Source of the DNA: Candidatus Cloacimonadales bacterium
GTDB taxonomy: Bacteria > Cloacimonadota > Cloacimonadia > Cloacimonadales > JAIOQZ01
Direction: 5' to 3'
NCBI GenBank assembly: GCA_963674825.1
Contig: OY771587.1
Coordinates: forward strand, 3,584,001 to 3,648,000
Length of the DNA: 64,000 nt
Positions 48,739 to 60,679 of this stretch are shown piece by piece. Positions within the stretch are counted from its first letter, which is position 1. Each line of letters starts with the position of its first letter. The notes under the pieces are model-generated. The model ran no database searches, had not been told where the DNA came from, and saw nothing but the letters and a program-made list of their open reading frames with translations. A program made the translations under genes and the position numbers.

Positions 48739-50988
48739 TTATTTCAGCATCAGCATCTTTTTCACGTCGGTCATGCCGGGTGTCGAAAGCTTGTAGAGAT
48801 AAACACCGCTACCGAGTTGCTTGCCTTCGGAGTCCTTACCCTGCCAGGTTACTTGGTGATCACCGGCGTTCATCTTCTCGTCGATCAGCGTACAGACTTT
48901 CTGTCCGCGGATGTTGAATACATCGAGCTGAACATCTGAATCCTTCGGGATCGAGAAGACGATGTTGGTTTCCGGATTGAACGGATTCGGGTGGTTTTGT
49001 GCCAGCGCAAAGACAGGAACAGCTTCAGTCGGGTCATCATCAACACCAGTATCGTAGGTATAGAACGTCATGTAGCCACTGATCGCCTGCGCGTTGTTCA
49101 GACGGTGACGATTGCCGAGGAACATGACCCAGTCGTTTGTTGCTGGTACGCTGAAGGCTGCTTCGCCTTGGGTTGCATCGATGAAATCATAGAACGCTTC
49201 GAAGGTGATTCCGAGCTGATAGTAGAGGAAATTATCACTGCTTGCGGTGAAGCAATTGATGGTCCCCTGATCCTCGAGTTCTTTCCAGAACAACGGCCTT
49301 GTCCCCACTTCGTCGATATCGTCCCATGTTACTACTCCGCTGAGAACCTGATGGGTGGTCTCGAATACGATTTTCATGGAGTAATCGTCAGCCGGGTCGG
49401 TTGGAGGCTCTGTCGAGTAACTCATCGTTACAGGCATATCACCATCGATTTCTACCTGGAATTCGTACTCGCCGCCATCGACGGTGTCTTCCTGCAGAAG
49501 CGCGTATTCGCCTTCCTCTTCAGGGTAATCGCCCAGGTCTGTTTGAACCATCGCATAATAGGTACGGCCTTCACCCACGATGAATTCGTGTTGGCCGTTT
49601 TCATCGGTGAACGCGACCATATCGGCGGTGATACCGTTTTCGTTGATCGCGAGGATAATACGAGCCCCATCGATCGGATTGCCGTTTGAATCGACGACGG
49701 TAAGCAGAATAGAGCTGAGTCCTTCCGAATAACGATCGGTCACGGATGTAAGGAAGCCGTCGCTACGGATTTCAAACACTGTTCCGAATACTTTACCCCA
49801 ACCGTTTTCGTAAACAAGCGGATCGTCGATGTAGCCGTTGACTGGTTCCCACTGTCTCCAATCTTCATCCCAGTATTCGTTCCAGGTGTGATCGGTGGAC
49901 ATGGAAAGAATGCTTGTGCAAGGCACAAGCGCAGCGCGTGCTGCTGCGGCCGTGATATCGGCATGCTCGCCACAGCGACCGATATGTTTGCGGTAGATAC
50001 GCACCGGCTGATGCGGACGCTCGTTATCGGAAGTGAAATCCATCACATCCTGAATCCATTGCTGAATCGCGTGAATAGCATCGGTTTGGAAGCCGTCGTT
50101 CGCTATCATTACTCCAATTTCGGAAAGCGCTTCACTGAGACGCGGATAACCATCATCGGCATTATGGTAGAGGAAATCACGCCAGAATACGCCATCGGGT
50201 GGATCGGCAATATTGTTGATATGGGTTGTATTCGATTCAGCAAGTGCTGGGTCGATATAAGTTGGAATATCATCCGTGATCTTCGGATGCACAATGTACC
50301 AATAGTAAACATCTCTCGGCACTTCGATCGTCCAGGTGTCTCCTTCAGGATCAGCCTTCAGGTATTGAGTAGTAGAGTAATAATTATCATCTGTGGTAGA
50401 AGTACCATAATCGACAACATCAACGTACGAAAGATCTTCGTCAGTAGAGTAAATCAGTTCAGCGTTCTCTACAAAGAGTTCGGGATAAGAATATTCTGAT
50501 TCGAGGTATACGATCGATGTATGCGCTACGCAGAAGGCGATTTCATCGATATACGGATCCTCTGCATCGACAATGATCTGAGCCCAACGCTGCTGGTTCA
50601 TTGACGACATCAGACTGAATACATTGCGCAGCGGAGCAGCAAGCCAGTTCGGCGCTTTCTCGATTGCCTGAATCGAGATGTCTTCCAGCTCACCAAGCTG
50701 CGAAACAGTAATCACGGAGTTATCACTGTTTCGATACTTGAGTCCGTGGTCTGTTCCGGCGCGCAAGTATAGGTCAACACGCATCGAGTCCGTAAGCTCC
50801 CAGCCTTCGCGTTCGATGGGATATTCCATCACATTGGGTTCATCGAACTGTGGCGTGCCTGTTTGCGCTCTTTCTCCGACATATTCATTGCCGGTGAGAA
50901 GAGGCTTCGTTGTCAAACCTCGGGGATCGGCGTACGCCATGGACAAGGCCAAGGCAACGATGATCAATGAGAGAACAACTTTCTTCAT
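48739..50988 (-). CDS. Secreted transglutaminase-like (papain-fold) protein with FlgD-Ig/T9SS-type tail
   Basis: Signal peptide; GRCGEH, DHTWNE, WEP triad pattern; QNHPNPFNP. Confidence 0.85.
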   Translation of the reverse strand: MKKVVLSLIIVALALSMAYADPRGLTTKPLLTGNEYVGERAQTGTPQFDEPNVMEYPIEREGWELTDSMRVDLYLRAGTDHGLKYRNSDNSVITVSQLGELEDISIQAIEKAPNWLAAPLRNVFSLMSSMNQQRWAQIIVDAEDPYIDEIAFCVAHTSIVYLESEYSYPELFVENAELIYSTDEDLSYVDVVDYGTSTTDDNYYSTTQYLKADPEGDTWTIEVPRDVYYWYIVHPKITDDIPTYIDPALAESNTTHINNIADPPDGVFWRDFLYHNADDGYPRLSEALSEIGVMIANDGFQTDAIHAIQQWIQDVMDFTSDNERPHQPVRIYRKHIGRCGEHADITAAAARAALVPCTSILSMSTDHTWNEYWDEDWRQWEPVNGYIDDPLVYENGWGKVFGTVFEIRSDGFLTSVTDRYSEGLSSILLTVVDSNGNPIDGARIILAINENGITADMVAFTDENGQHEFIVGEGRTYYAMVQTDLGDYPEEEGEYALLQEDTVDGGEYEFQVEIDGDMPVTMSYSTEPPTDPADDYSMKIVFETTHQVLSGVVTWDDIDEVGTRPLFWKELEDQGTINCFTASSDNFLYYQLGITFEAFYDFIDATQGEAAFSVPATNDWVMFLGNRHRLNNAQAISGYMTFYTYDTGVDDDPTEAVPVFALAQNHPNPFNPETNIVFSIPKDSDVQLDVFNIRGQKVCTLIDEKMNAGDHQVTWQGKDSEGKQLGSGVYLYKLSTPGMTDVKKMLMLK

Positions 50989-50997
50989 GATAACTCC

Positions 50998-52143
50998 TTA
51001 TATGGCATTGTATATTACTTCTTCAATCTGTTGAATCGTCAGTTCCACAGGATTCCCCTTCATGGAACTGGAATGCGAAGCTTTCATGGCGATCAAGCGA
51101 ATATCGGTAGGTCCGACACCGTACTGTCCAAGCGACTTGATTTTCATATGATCACCAATACTTTCCAGCCATGCCTGCAGCTTCCCGATACCGCCATCAC
51201 ATAATATCCCGGCAGCATCGTCGAACTTACACAGGAATTCGCGATTACCATCATGTTGCAGGATATCGACATTTTTCCTTATTACATGAGGAAGAAGCGC
51301 AGCGCACGCAGCACCGTGGGGTATGGAAAACATTCCTCCCAAAGGTCCTGCAATACCGTGTACCGCACCCAGTTTCGCATTGGCCAGCGCAAGTCCACTG
51401 TAAAGCGCGGCAAGCGACATATCGCTGCGCGCTTTGATATTGAGCCCATCATCGTACGTTTTCAGGAAAGATTGCGATACAAGCGATAATCCTTCCCTGC
51501 AAAGCATATTGGTGAACTGATTACTCATTGGCGTGGTATAGGCCTCCAGAAGCTGTGTGAGCGCATCCATGCCTGTATTGGCGGTAACTTCAGGCGGCAT
51601 GCTCATCGTCATCTTAGGATCGACGATCACAATTCTGGGTATCAGCTTAACATCACGCATGCTGACTTTGATCTGTTTATTGGCCGATCGGATAACTGCA
51701 TTTTTTGTAACCTCGGCTCCCGTACCGGCTGTCGTTGGCACGGCGATATAGGGCAATGGCTTTTTCTCAAGCTTCTTCCCTGCACCGATGATTTCAACGT
51801 AATCAAGAATATTTCCCGGGTTCGGAATCAGCGCAGCGAGTACCTTGCCGGCATCGATTACGCTTCCGCCTCCAACGGCGATAACCCAATCGATTTCACG
51901 CTGACGGGCAACATTGATGCAGTCTTTCAAAGTAGCATCAGTTGGTTCGGCAACCATGTTGATAAGCGTAACATGGAAGCGAAGCTGCTTGAGCATCTCC
52001 TCGATATCACCAAAGCGAAGCCTGTCTTTTCCAGTGAGTAGAAGCACCTTGGAGGGATAGTCTTTTACGAGTTCGGGGATTTGCGATATCGAACCCGCGC
52101 CGAAAATAATGTGACCTGGAGAATGATATTCGAATTCTACCAT
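50998..52143 (-). CDS. Iron-containing alcohol dehydrogenase
   Basis: [33 protein letters not shown]. Confidence 0.93.
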   Translation of the reverse strand: MVEFEYHSPGHIIFGAGSISQIPELVKDYPSKVLLLTGKDRLRFGDIEEMLKQLRFHVTLINMVAEPTDATLKDCINVARQREIDWVIAVGGGSVIDAGKVLAALIPNPGNILDYVEIIGAGKKLEKKPLPYIAVPTTAGTGAEVTKNAVIRSANKQIKVSMRDVKLIPRIVIVDPKMTMSMPPEVTANTGMDALTQLLEAYTTPMSNQFTNMLCREGLSLVSQSFLKTYDDGLNIKARSDMSLAALYSGLALANAKLGAVHGIAGPLGGMFSIPHGAACAALLPHVIRKNVDILQHDGNREFLCKFDDAAGILCDGGIGKLQAWLESIGDHMKIKSLGQYGVGPTDIRLIAMKASHSSSMKGNPVELTIQQIEEVIYNAI

Positions 52144-52442
52144 TGTTCATCTTCCGGATAGTAGTTTGTGTATTTTATGCTTGTTCGCGGTTCTGCCATC
52201 ATGTCGGCAACTGTATCCCGCCACTTGATGTAATGCGCAGTTTCCTTGTGCTTCATCGGAGCTTCGGGAGTGCGATATACTTCCTCCAGGACAAAGCGGT
52301 CAGGGCGTTCCTGTTCTCTGATCACATCGAAACGAGCGATGCCAGGCTCCTGAACGCTGTTTTTTGCATTCTCGAGAGTTGCTTCAACGAATGCGTCTTC
52401 CATCCCGGCTTTGACATGTACAAAAACATGAACAATCAGCAT
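52137..52442 (-). CDS. ABM-family putative quinol monooxygenase (LsrG/YgiN-like)
   Basis: [23 protein letters not shown]. Confidence 0.88.
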   Translation of the reverse strand: MLIVHVFVHVKAGMEDAFVEATLENAKNSVQEPGIARFDVIREQERPDRFVLEEVYRTPEAPMKHKETAHYIKWRDTVADMMAEPRTSIKYTNYYPEDEQW

Positions 52443-52450
52443 TGATCCTC

Positions 52451-54589
52451 CTACTTTTTATCGACCGGTATTTCGAGTAAATCGAGTATAAATGCGTAGT
52501 TAAAAGCGAGTTCGCGTAAATAGTCATACCGTCCTGAAGCGCCGCTATGACCGCTCATCTCTGTCTTGAAGACCAGAATGTTATCGTCGGTTTTATTTGC
52601 GCGGAGTCTGGCCACCCAGCGTGCGGGTTCCCAGTATGGAACACGATTGTCCTCGAAACCTGCGGTTGCAAGAATATGGGGATAGTCCTGTTTACTTACA
52701 TTATAATACGGATCCCAGGAAAACATATAGGAAAACTGCTCTGGATCTCCCGGATCTCCCCATTCCGTATAGTGATATAGCGCGCCGGGAATCGTTGGAT
52801 CGAGCAGAATATCGATCTCATTCACAGCCGGAACATCTGCGATGACCAGCTTGAAAAGGTCCGGACGCCAGTTTACCACGACTCCCATCAGGAGTCCTCC
52901 AGCGCTTGCGCCTTCGATAACAAGGTGATCCTTGTCGGTATAGCCTTCACTGATGAGGTATTCCGAGCAGGTAATGAAATCGCTGTAGGTATTCTTCTTC
53001 GTCATCAGTCGACCATCTTCATGCCACCACTCACCCCATTCGCTACCACCACGAACATGCGCGATAGCGTAGGTGAATCCGCGATCGACCAGACTGAAGG
53101 CCGTCGTGCTGAAATAAGTCTCGCTGATTGTTCCATACGAACCGTAGGCATTGAGGTACAAAGGCTTGGACTGCCCTTCAAACTCACGACGGTACAGAAG
53201 CGTTATTGGTACCATGACGCTATCGGCTGTCGGTGCAAAGATACGCTTGGTCACGTAATCATCGCTGTTGTAGCCTTCGGGAATGTCATAACGTTTAAGG
53301 AAATCCAGCCGTTTTTTATCAAGATCATACTCGTATATTGTCATCGGCATGGTTGGGGATGAATAGGTCAGCCGCAACCGTCTGTTGTCATATTGTGGGT
53401 TCCAGTGTGTCCAGAAGGTATAAACTTCCTGTGGGAACTCGACGGGTGTATATTCTCCTGTACGGAAATCGAGGATAATCAGGTGTTCGAGCGCGTCTTT
53501 CTGCACGTAGAGCGACATATAGTCTTTAAAGACATCGCATCCGTTGAGTGTCACGCCTTCTTCAGGTACATAAAATGGTGTCCAAACATCAGGTTTCGAG
53601 AATGTAGCTGTGACGAGCCGGAATTCAGGATCGTCAAGATTCGTATCGATATACATCAGCGTATCTGCGGCATCGATTGAATATAGGATTCCCTCTTCAC
53701 GAGGCCTGATCAGTGTGAATTCATCGAACGGTTTATCCGCCGGGAGAAACCAGACTTCGCTGGTGTCGTTGCTGATGCTTCCGAAGAAAAGCCACTTGCG
53801 ATCGCGACTGAGATAGACATAGAGCCCGAATGAAAGGTCTTTCTCGCGAAAAATCACCTCGTCTTGCTCTGGATCGTCTCCCAGTGTATGCCTAAGCAGA
53901 TTGGAAGGGCTTTCCTGATCATCTTCCAGGTCACGAACGTAGTAGAATGTCTTGTTGTCCATCGTCCAGGAAAAGGAGTTCACATACGGGATAATATCCG
54001 GTAGATTCTTTCCGGTTGTCAGGTCTTTAATGTACAGCGTGTAGCTCTCGAATCCGGTTGTATCTACGCTGTAGGCCATGTACCGATGATTCGGGCTGTA
54101 ATCGATGAAGCCGACCTCGAAAAAATCGTGCCCTTTCGCCATCTCGTTGACATCAAGAATAACCTCTTCTGGCGCAAGTAGCGTCCCCTTTTTACGGCAG
54201 TATATGGTGTATTGTTTTCCGGCAACAGTACGGTTGTAGTAGAAAAACGAATCGATTTTGACCGGCATGGTCATATCCGTCTCTTTCATACGACCTTTCA
54301 TTTCGAGAAAAAGCTTCTCGATGTCGTCTTCCAGGTCGCGCGTGACGCATCGGGCATAGTCGTTTTCGGCTTCGATGTACTTACGACCTTCGTCGTTCGT
54401 ACGTTCTTTATCGATCATCCAGTGGTATGGATCATCGAGTGTGATGTCGTGAACAGTTTGCGTAAATTCTGATTTTCGTGCAACTGGCGGAACGCATTTT
54501 TTCGCACGTTTCTCAATTCTCGAAGCCGAGAGTGTTCCAACGGTCGTCAGCAGTATCAGTAGGTAGATTGTAAATTTGCAGCTTCTCAT
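52451..54589 (-). CDS. ptrB: Oligopeptidase B (S9A) with signal peptide
   Basis: [34 protein letters not shown]. Confidence 0.9.
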   Translation of the reverse strand: MRSCKFTIYLLILLTTVGTLSASRIEKRAKKCVPPVARKSEFTQTVHDITLDDPYHWMIDKERTNDEGRKYIEAENDYARCVTRDLEDDIEKLFLEMKGRMKETDMTMPVKIDSFFYYNRTVAGKQYTIYCRKKGTLLAPEEVILDVNEMAKGHDFFEVGFIDYSPNHRYMAYSVDTTGFESYTLYIKDLTTGKNLPDIIPYVNSFSWTMDNKTFYYVRDLEDDQESPSNLLRHTLGDDPEQDEVIFREKDLSFGLYVYLSRDRKWLFFGSISNDTSEVWFLPADKPFDEFTLIRPREEGILYSIDAADTLMYIDTNLDDPEFRLVTATFSKPDVWTPFYVPEEGVTLNGCDVFKDYMSLYVQKDALEHLIILDFRTGEYTPVEFPQEVYTFWTHWNPQYDNRRLRLTYSSPTMPMTIYEYDLDKKRLDFLKRYDIPEGYNSDDYVTKRIFAPTADSVMVPITLLYRREFEGQSKPLYLNAYGSYGTISETYFSTTAFSLVDRGFTYAIAHVRGGSEWGEWWHEDGRLMTKKNTYSDFITCSEYLISEGYTDKDHLVIEGASAGGLLMGVVVNWRPDLFKLVIADVPAVNEIDILLDPTIPGALYHYTEWGDPGDPEQFSYMFSWDPYYNVSKQDYPHILATAGFEDNRVPYWEPARWVARLRANKTDDNILVFKTEMSGHSGASGRYDYLRELAFNYAFILDLLEIPVDKK

Positions 54590-54640
54590 AAATTCCTTTC
54601 GTTATATATTATTCCAGCGATAGTTTCCAGATGTCCGTTC

Positions 54641-55039
54641 TTATACATTTTGCCAGGCAACTGTTACCAGATGCCCATCGTCATCGTATTTGGCTCGATA
54701 TCGCATACGTGTGCCATATTGCAGAGAAAGACGGATTTCGGATGAGCTGAGTTCCCTAGGGAAATACGTACCTGAGATATGCGCGCCATGGATGCTGGCC
54801 CCCTCCATATTGCATGATTTCAGGTTCAATCCTCGAACATCGGCCTGACGGAAATAGCAGTTGGAGAAATCAATATTCTCGACATCCACACCTCGCAGGT
54901 CGATCGCGCGAAAATCCAGTCCGCTGAAATCAGGCGGTTCTTTCTCGCCCTTGCGAGCCCGGTTGAAATCCTCGATTTTGCCCTGGCGAATCATTTGATA
55001 TAGTCGTTCGGGAATGACTTTCGGCTTTTCGTCAATCAT
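54641..55039 (-). CDS. Pentapeptide-repeat protein
   Basis: DFSGLDFRAIDLRGVD..DFSNCYFRQADVRGLNL. Confidence 0.85.
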   Translation of the reverse strand: MIDEKPKVIPERLYQMIRQGKIEDFNRARKGEKEPPDFSGLDFRAIDLRGVDVENIDFSNCYFRQADVRGLNLKSCNMEGASIHGAHISGTYFPRELSSSEIRLSLQYGTRMRYRAKYDDDGHLVTVAWQNV

Positions 55040-55204
55040 ACCACCTCCTTGAAACTACCTGTATTAGTATAATCTGAACATTTCGAATAGAATTTAATGG
55101 TGTCAAGCGATTCCTTGAATCTGTGTGGAAAAAGATGATGATTCGGAGTGTATCTTGTTTATATCGTTACGAATACATGATTGATTTCCCGCTGCGACTA
55201 CGAC

Positions 55205-57295
55205 CTACTTCAACAACAGCATCTTCCGTGCGATAGCCCTTCCACCCGATTCCAGCCGGTACAGATAGATGCCCGACGATACGTTCTTGCCGGATTGGTT
55301 ATCGCCATTCCAGACAGCCTTGTGCATTCCGGCTTCGAGGTGGTCGTTCACCAATGTCTTCACGAGCTGTCCCTTGATGTTATAGACCTTCAACTCGACC
55401 TTGTCGTCCTTCGGGATCGAGAACGAGATCGTCGTGGTAGGATTGAAGGGGTTGGGCGAGTTCTGCTCCATGGTGATTGTGTATTGCTGGATAAGGTTGT
55501 CGTAGTCGTGCGCTGCGAGGCTTTGCAAGGTGATTTCGCGGTAGGTTGCCGCGCCCTGCTCGACTACGATGCCGCTGAGCTGCTGGCCCTCGTAGTACAT
55601 GCGTTCCACATTGAGGGTGAAGGTGCCGGGCCCGGTCAGAATTCTGAACCAGCCGGTGCTGTCGCTCCACTCGGGGAACTGCACGCCATCGACGGTTATT
55701 TTTGCAATATCGAGCGGGGTCTCGCCGTCCTCTTCGTACACATACCCCTCGATGCCGCCCCAGAATGGTGCGCCGTACTCGAATGCGCCGATATCGATGG
55801 TTGCGGTTCCGTCGCCGTCGCCATCCCATACACGGACGTTACCCAGGATGTCCGTAGGCGGGTAATCCCCGTCCGGCATACCGGCATCGATGCACAGGCT
55901 ACCCTCTGCCAGGCTGTAGTCCCCGTTCAGCGTATCGGCGAACATCGGATCATCCCCAATGATGTTGCCGCCACCGTCGGTCGCGAATTCCGGAAATGGG
56001 TGGTTCATGAAATTGTTGCTCAGGACTGTTGCTGGTCCACCCCATGCCATTGTCTCCTCTGCCGCATGCAGAATATTGTTATACACTAAGCAATCATAGT
56101 TTTCCGTTCCGAAACAGGATGTATGATTGGTGTTATATGTGTTATTTAACATAGTGCAGTCGGCAAAAGTTGGATACAAAAACGAATAACCGGTAAAGAG
56201 ATTATTGTAGATTATATTGGGATTTTCCGGTTGATAAAATGTATCGCTAGACGATGTGTACACCACATTATTACACACAACTGTCGAATCGGCAAATCTG
56301 TCGTCAATATCCAGGTTGCCAATAAATTGATTGTCGGTAATTACATTAAAGCCAGAGCTTGAAACACCGGAAGGGAGTCCTATTGGAGGGTAATACATGT
56401 AGTTCTTCCGAAAATAGCTCATTGTATCTGGAACACCTCCACCTGATGTTATACCTCTATTCATGAAAATGCAGCCATAATAATTGCTCACCCAGAGATC
56501 CCTCTGCGGCGTTATTTCATCATTGAGGTTATCTATTGATTCTTCAGGGCTAAAATGATAATTGAACAGCCAATGCTTAACGGCACCTCCTCCATGATAT
56601 GTCCCGTCATAGGATCGATTAATATCAATAAAACGGTTTCTTGCAATAATGATCTGCGGGGATGAACTATAATCCCAATCGGAGTAGCCATTGATGGCAT
56701 CATAGTAAATATCGGTGGCGTATTGCCCCGGCTCCGTCTTTGTGAATGTGTTGCCGTAGATCATTACATCGCACGGCAGGTTCTGATACGTGATGCCAGC
56801 TTTGCAGTTCGTGAAAGTGCAGTATTTGATCCGGAAATCGCAGCCACGTACGCAAATACCGCCAACCGTTTTTGATCCGTCGGTGAACACATTTCGATAC
56901 ACGCCCATTAGTTCGCAGTATTCGAACACTGGGGTATCGGCTGTATCGTCAACGAAGATACCGCCCCAGGCAAAGCCTTCCGTATCTGGATTGCGAGTAA
57001 ATGTGATCGGCTCGTCTTCTGTTCCGATCGCGACGATTTTCCCATATACATGAAAGATCTTCGCATGGGCTTCTCCGCTGTCCGTGACATAGAAAAGTCC
57101 GCTGGCTCCGGAGGGCATGGCTTTCATCAGGATTTCGCATCCTGGAAGAATGGTTAACGTAGCGCCTTCGAGCACATTGACGTTCTCATCGAAGATATAC
57201 GGGTTATCCTCTGGACCCCATGTCGTGTCTTCAGCGATGTCAAGAGCGTACAGGAGTGTGATTGAGAGCAGGATGAGCAGCAGGATTCGTTTCAT
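55205..57295 (-). CDS. Secreted beta-helix/carboxypeptidase-regulatory-like/FlgD-Ig protein, paralogue L
   Basis: Signal peptide MKRILLL, DTTWGPEDNPY, SLCIDAG, DIGAFE, QNSPNPFNP. Confidence 0.88.
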   Translation of the reverse strand: MKRILLLILLSITLLYALDIAEDTTWGPEDNPYIFDENVNVLEGATLTILPGCEILMKAMPSGASGLFYVTDSGEAHAKIFHVYGKIVAIGTEDEPITFTRNPDTEGFAWGGIFVDDTADTPVFEYCELMGVYRNVFTDGSKTVGGICVRGCDFRIKYCTFTNCKAGITYQNLPCDVMIYGNTFTKTEPGQYATDIYYDAINGYSDWDYSSSPQIIIARNRFIDINRSYDGTYHGGGAVKHWLFNYHFSPEESIDNLNDEITPQRDLWVSNYYGCIFMNRGITSGGGVPDTMSYFRKNYMYYPPIGLPSGVSSSGFNVITDNQFIGNLDIDDRFADSTVVCNNVVYTSSSDTFYQPENPNIIYNNLFTGYSFLYPTFADCTMLNNTYNTNHTSCFGTENYDCLVYNNILHAAEETMAWGGPATVLSNNFMNHPFPEFATDGGGNIIGDDPMFADTLNGDYSLAEGSLCIDAGMPDGDYPPTDILGNVRVWDGDGDGTATIDIGAFEYGAPFWGGIEGYVYEEDGETPLDIAKITVDGVQFPEWSDSTGWFRILTGPGTFTLNVERMYYEGQQLSGIVVEQGAATYREITLQSLAAHDYDNLIQQYTITMEQNSPNPFNPTTTISFSIPKDDKVELKVYNIKGQLVKTLVNDHLEAGMHKAVWNGDNQSGKNVSSGIYLYRLESGGRAIARKMLLLK

Positions 57296-57342
57296 GGGGC
57301 CTCCATATTCCACTAACATGAATTCATTGTGCGAATTCACAA
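56343..57342. repeat. About 1-kb inverted repeat, left copy (partner 59679-60679)
   Basis: Near-perfect reverse complement covering the leader and the 5' coding region. Confidence 0.92.
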
Positions 57343-57381
57343 CGCTCATGTTTTCGTTTTGACTGCGTCAAAGCCGAAAAG

Positions 57382-57487
57382 CCCTCACCCCGGCCCTCTC
57401 CCGTAAACGGGAGAGGGAAGAGAGAGGTAGATTGTAGTCTATGCTTTGATAAACTCGTGTTGTCCTTCGACTACGCTCAGGATGACA
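57382..57487. repeat. REP-like palindromic elements
   Basis: CCCTCACCCCGGCCCTCTCCCGTAAACGGGAGAGGG and CCTTCGACTACGCTCAGGATGACA. Confidence 0.6.
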
Positions 57488-57515
57488 CACGAGTTTCTCA
57501 GCATGACGCGTTATG

Positions 57516-59444
57516 TTACTTGAGTAACAGCATCTTCTGTGCCTTCGATTTCCCGCCGGACTCGAGGCGGTACAGATAGATACCTGACGAAACGTTCTTG
57601 CCGGATTGGTTATCACCATTCCATACGGCCTTGTGCATTCCGGCTTCGAGGTGGTCGTTTACCAGCGTTTTCACCAACTGCCCTTTGATGTTGTACACCT
57701 TCAACTCAACCTTGTCGTCCTTCGGGATCGAGAACGATATCGTCGTGGTGGGATTGAACGGGTTGGGGAATACTCCGATGATGCAAACCTCTCCGGGGAT
57801 GGGCAATTGCTCCTCACCATTGGCTACGATAACCTCAACAGTCCACTCGACATCGATGGTATAGCCCAAGTCGGTTACACGACAAATAACGGTGAATATT
57901 CCCGTGTTATCGAACCGGTGAATCCACATGGGATTTGTCACACCGACAGCATCACCATTCAGCCACCAGCTAAGGTGAAGGATATTGTGGTCATCCTCTG
58001 CGGTAACACGGAATCGAATCTCGTCACCAGAATTGATAACCAGCAATGTATCGGCAGGAAGAAACTCAACGATCTCCGGCGGAAGATTCTCTTCCACTTC
58101 GATATACGCCTCGCGAAGCATCGTGTCAGAATAAATCCCATCATTCACTCGAAGCATGACATTGTAGATTCCGGCTTCGGTGTAGGTGTAATCGGGAAAC
58201 GGATCTCCACAATCGATCGTTCCATCTCCATCGAAGTCCCACTCCCATTGAATGATATTGCCTGATGAAGAGCTGAAGAAATGCACATCCAACGGTTGAT
58301 AACCAGACTGAATATCGCTCTCGAAGCTGGCGCTCACCCCAGCAAATCCAAGCATCCAGATATCGAAATCTTCCGATGGGCTGGAGTAGCTTCGTCCCGC
58401 AACGGCAAATCCACCGCTATCAGCCTCGCATATAGCATAAGCTGCATCCGCATCCAATCCGCCATACAGCCTTGCCCAGAGTGAATTACCATCCGCATCA
58501 CGCTTGGTGATGTAAAAATCCTGGCTTTCGGTAGCTCCGGCGTTGTTTGAACCGACAACAATCATTCCGTTATCTGATGTGAGTAGTATCCTTCGCGCAT
58601 ACTGGAACTCCTCGCCTCCATAGACGCGGTTCCAGATGACCTCGCCGCTCATGTCGGTCTTAAATAGCCAGGCGTCGGTATCCATCGCGGAAAAAGATGC
58701 GCTGTATCCGCAGAATAGATAGGTGTTATCCGGTGCGATTACGACATCCCGTATTGCATCCGATGAATCTTCTCCATATATACGAGACCAGAGCGAATCG
58801 CCATTTTGTGAGCACTTCAATGCAAAACCGTTCTGGTCATCTTCTGCATTGAGGATCCCGCAGATCATCAGACCATTATCCGGCGTTTTAATAACATCGT
58901 ACGGATCCTCACTACCTTCGAGGTTCCAGGACTGTGACCAGAGCGAATCCCCCGAATCATTGTAAGCCATTAGCCATATCTTGCATGTGGAATCGATAGT
59001 TGTGAAGCCGGCGGCGAAAAGCGTGCCGTTAATCAAGGCAGATTTCTTGAACTCGTCGTAGTCGTCAGCTCCCCAGGTACGCGTCCATATCGTATCGCCA
59101 TTATCATGAATACGCAGGCACCAGCCCTGCATATATCGTCCTGCTTGATAGCGTTTTCCGGTGAGAATGAAATCTCCCTCCGGAAGCGGCGTGATACCGG
59201 TCAATTCGGATAGTCCCGAAGATGCAAAACGTCTCGTCCAGATCGAGTCTCCAGCAGCATCGGTACGCATTGCCATGGTATTGCCGACCAGGAGATATCC
59301 TCCATCCTGCATCCGTACCATATCATACGCAACATCGTCACCATTGATGACATGCCGCGTATTCCAGATGACATCCGGAGCGTTCTGCGCGAGCAAAGTC
59401 ATCGCATAAAACAGAAACAATATTGAAGCGAGTCGAAAAGGCAT
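57516..59444 (-). CDS. Secreted beta-propeller-repeat + PKD + FlgD-Ig protein
   Basis: GDxxWxRxYGG repeats, PKD WEWDFDGDG...YTYTEAGIYNVMLRV, FPNPFNP; start uncertain. Confidence 0.82.
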   Translation of the reverse strand: MPFRLASILFLFYAMTLLAQNAPDVIWNTRHVINGDDVAYDMVRMQDGGYLLVGNTMAMRTDAAGDSIWTRRFASSGLSELTGITPLPEGDFILTGKRYQAGRYMQGWCLRIHDNGDTIWTRTWGADDYDEFKKSALINGTLFAAGFTTIDSTCKIWLMAYNDSGDSLWSQSWNLEGSEDPYDVIKTPDNGLMICGILNAEDDQNGFALKCSQNGDSLWSRIYGEDSSDAIRDVVIAPDNTYLFCGYSASFSAMDTDAWLFKTDMSGEVIWNRVYGGEEFQYARRILLTSDNGMIVVGSNNAGATESQDFYITKRDADGNSLWARLYGGLDADAAYAICEADSGGFAVAGRSYSSPSEDFDIWMLGFAGVSASFESDIQSGYQPLDVHFFSSSSGNIIQWEWDFDGDGTIDCGDPFPDYTYTEAGIYNVMLRVNDGIYSDTMLREAYIEVEENLPPEIVEFLPADTLLVINSGDEIRFRVTAEDDHNILHLSWWLNGDAVGVTNPMWIHRFDNTGIFTVICRVTDLGYTIDVEWTVEVIVANGEEQLPIPGEVCIIGVFPNPFNPTTTISFSIPKDDKVELKVYNIKGQLVKTLVNDHLEAGMHKAVWNGDNQSGKNVSSGIYLYRLESGGKSKAQKMLLLK

Positions 59445-59678
59445 CGGGTATCCTTCGATTCTTTTATTATGCAGGAATCTCTGCTTGTGAGTCCGATTGG
59501 TCAAGAAAAATCACATTAGACCGATGATATTGCGAGGATTCGTTATTCATTTTGGGTGAACTATGGAACACTTGATGCAAAGAGAATTTTCGAGAGGCAA
59601 TGACCTCGATGAACTGGGACAACGAAACTTGGAGGAAACATGCGAGCCCCAACAATCCTAATTTTAATCATCCTGACC

Positions 59679-60679
59679 TTGTGAATTCGCACAATGAATT
59701 CATGTTAGCGGAATACGGAGGCCCCAATGAAACGAATCCTGCTGCTCATCCTGCTCTCAATCACACTCCTGTACGCTCTTGACATCGCTGAAGACACGAC
59801 ATGGGGTCCAGAGGATAACCCGTATATCTTCGATGAGAACGTCAATGTGCTCGAAGGCGCTACGTTAACCATTCTTCCAGGATGCGAAATCCTGATGAAA
59901 GCCATGCCCTCCGGAGCCAGCGGACTTTTCTATGTCACGGACAGCGGAGAAGCCCATGCGAAGATCTTTCATGTATATGGGAAAATCGTCGCGATCGGAA
60001 CAGAAGACGAGCCGATCACATTTACTCGCAATCCAGATACGGAAGGCTTTGCCTGGGGCGGTATCTTCGTTGACGATACAGCCGATACCCCAGTGTTCGA
60101 ATACTGCGAACTAATGGGCGTGTATCGAAATGTGTTCACCGACGGATCAAAAACGGTTGGCGGTATTTGCGTACGTGGCTGCGATTTCCGGATCAAATAC
60201 TGCACTTTCACGAACTGCAAAGCTGGCATCACGTATCAGAACCTGCCGTGCGATGTAATGATCTACGGCAACACATTCACAAAGACGGAGCCGGGGCAAT
60301 ACGCCACCGATATTTACTATGATGCCATCAATGGCTACTCCGATTGGGAATATAGTTCATCCCCGCAGATCATTATTGCAAGAAACCGTTTTATTGATAT
60401 TAATCGATCCTATGACGGGACATATCATGGAGGAGGTGCCGTTAAGCATTGGCTGTTCAATTATCATTTTAGCCCTGAAGAATCAATAGATAACCTCAAT
60501 GATGAAATAACGCCGCAGAGGGATCTCTGGGTGAGCAATTATTATGGCTGCATTTTCATGAATAGAGGTATAACATCAGGTGGAGGTGTTCCAGATACAA
60601 TGAGCTATTTTCGGAAGAACTACATGTATTACCCTCCAATAGGACTCCCTTCCGGTGTTTCAAGCTCTGGCTTTAATGT
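59679..60679. repeat. About 1-kb inverted repeat, right copy
   Basis: Reverse complement of 56343-57342. Confidence 0.92.

Noticed and set aside
55181..56089. Long antisense ORFs (e.g. 55181-56089, 61029-61730, 48991-49689, 5156-5824, 12760-13386)
   Set aside because: Shadow frames opposite well-supported genes with biased codon usage
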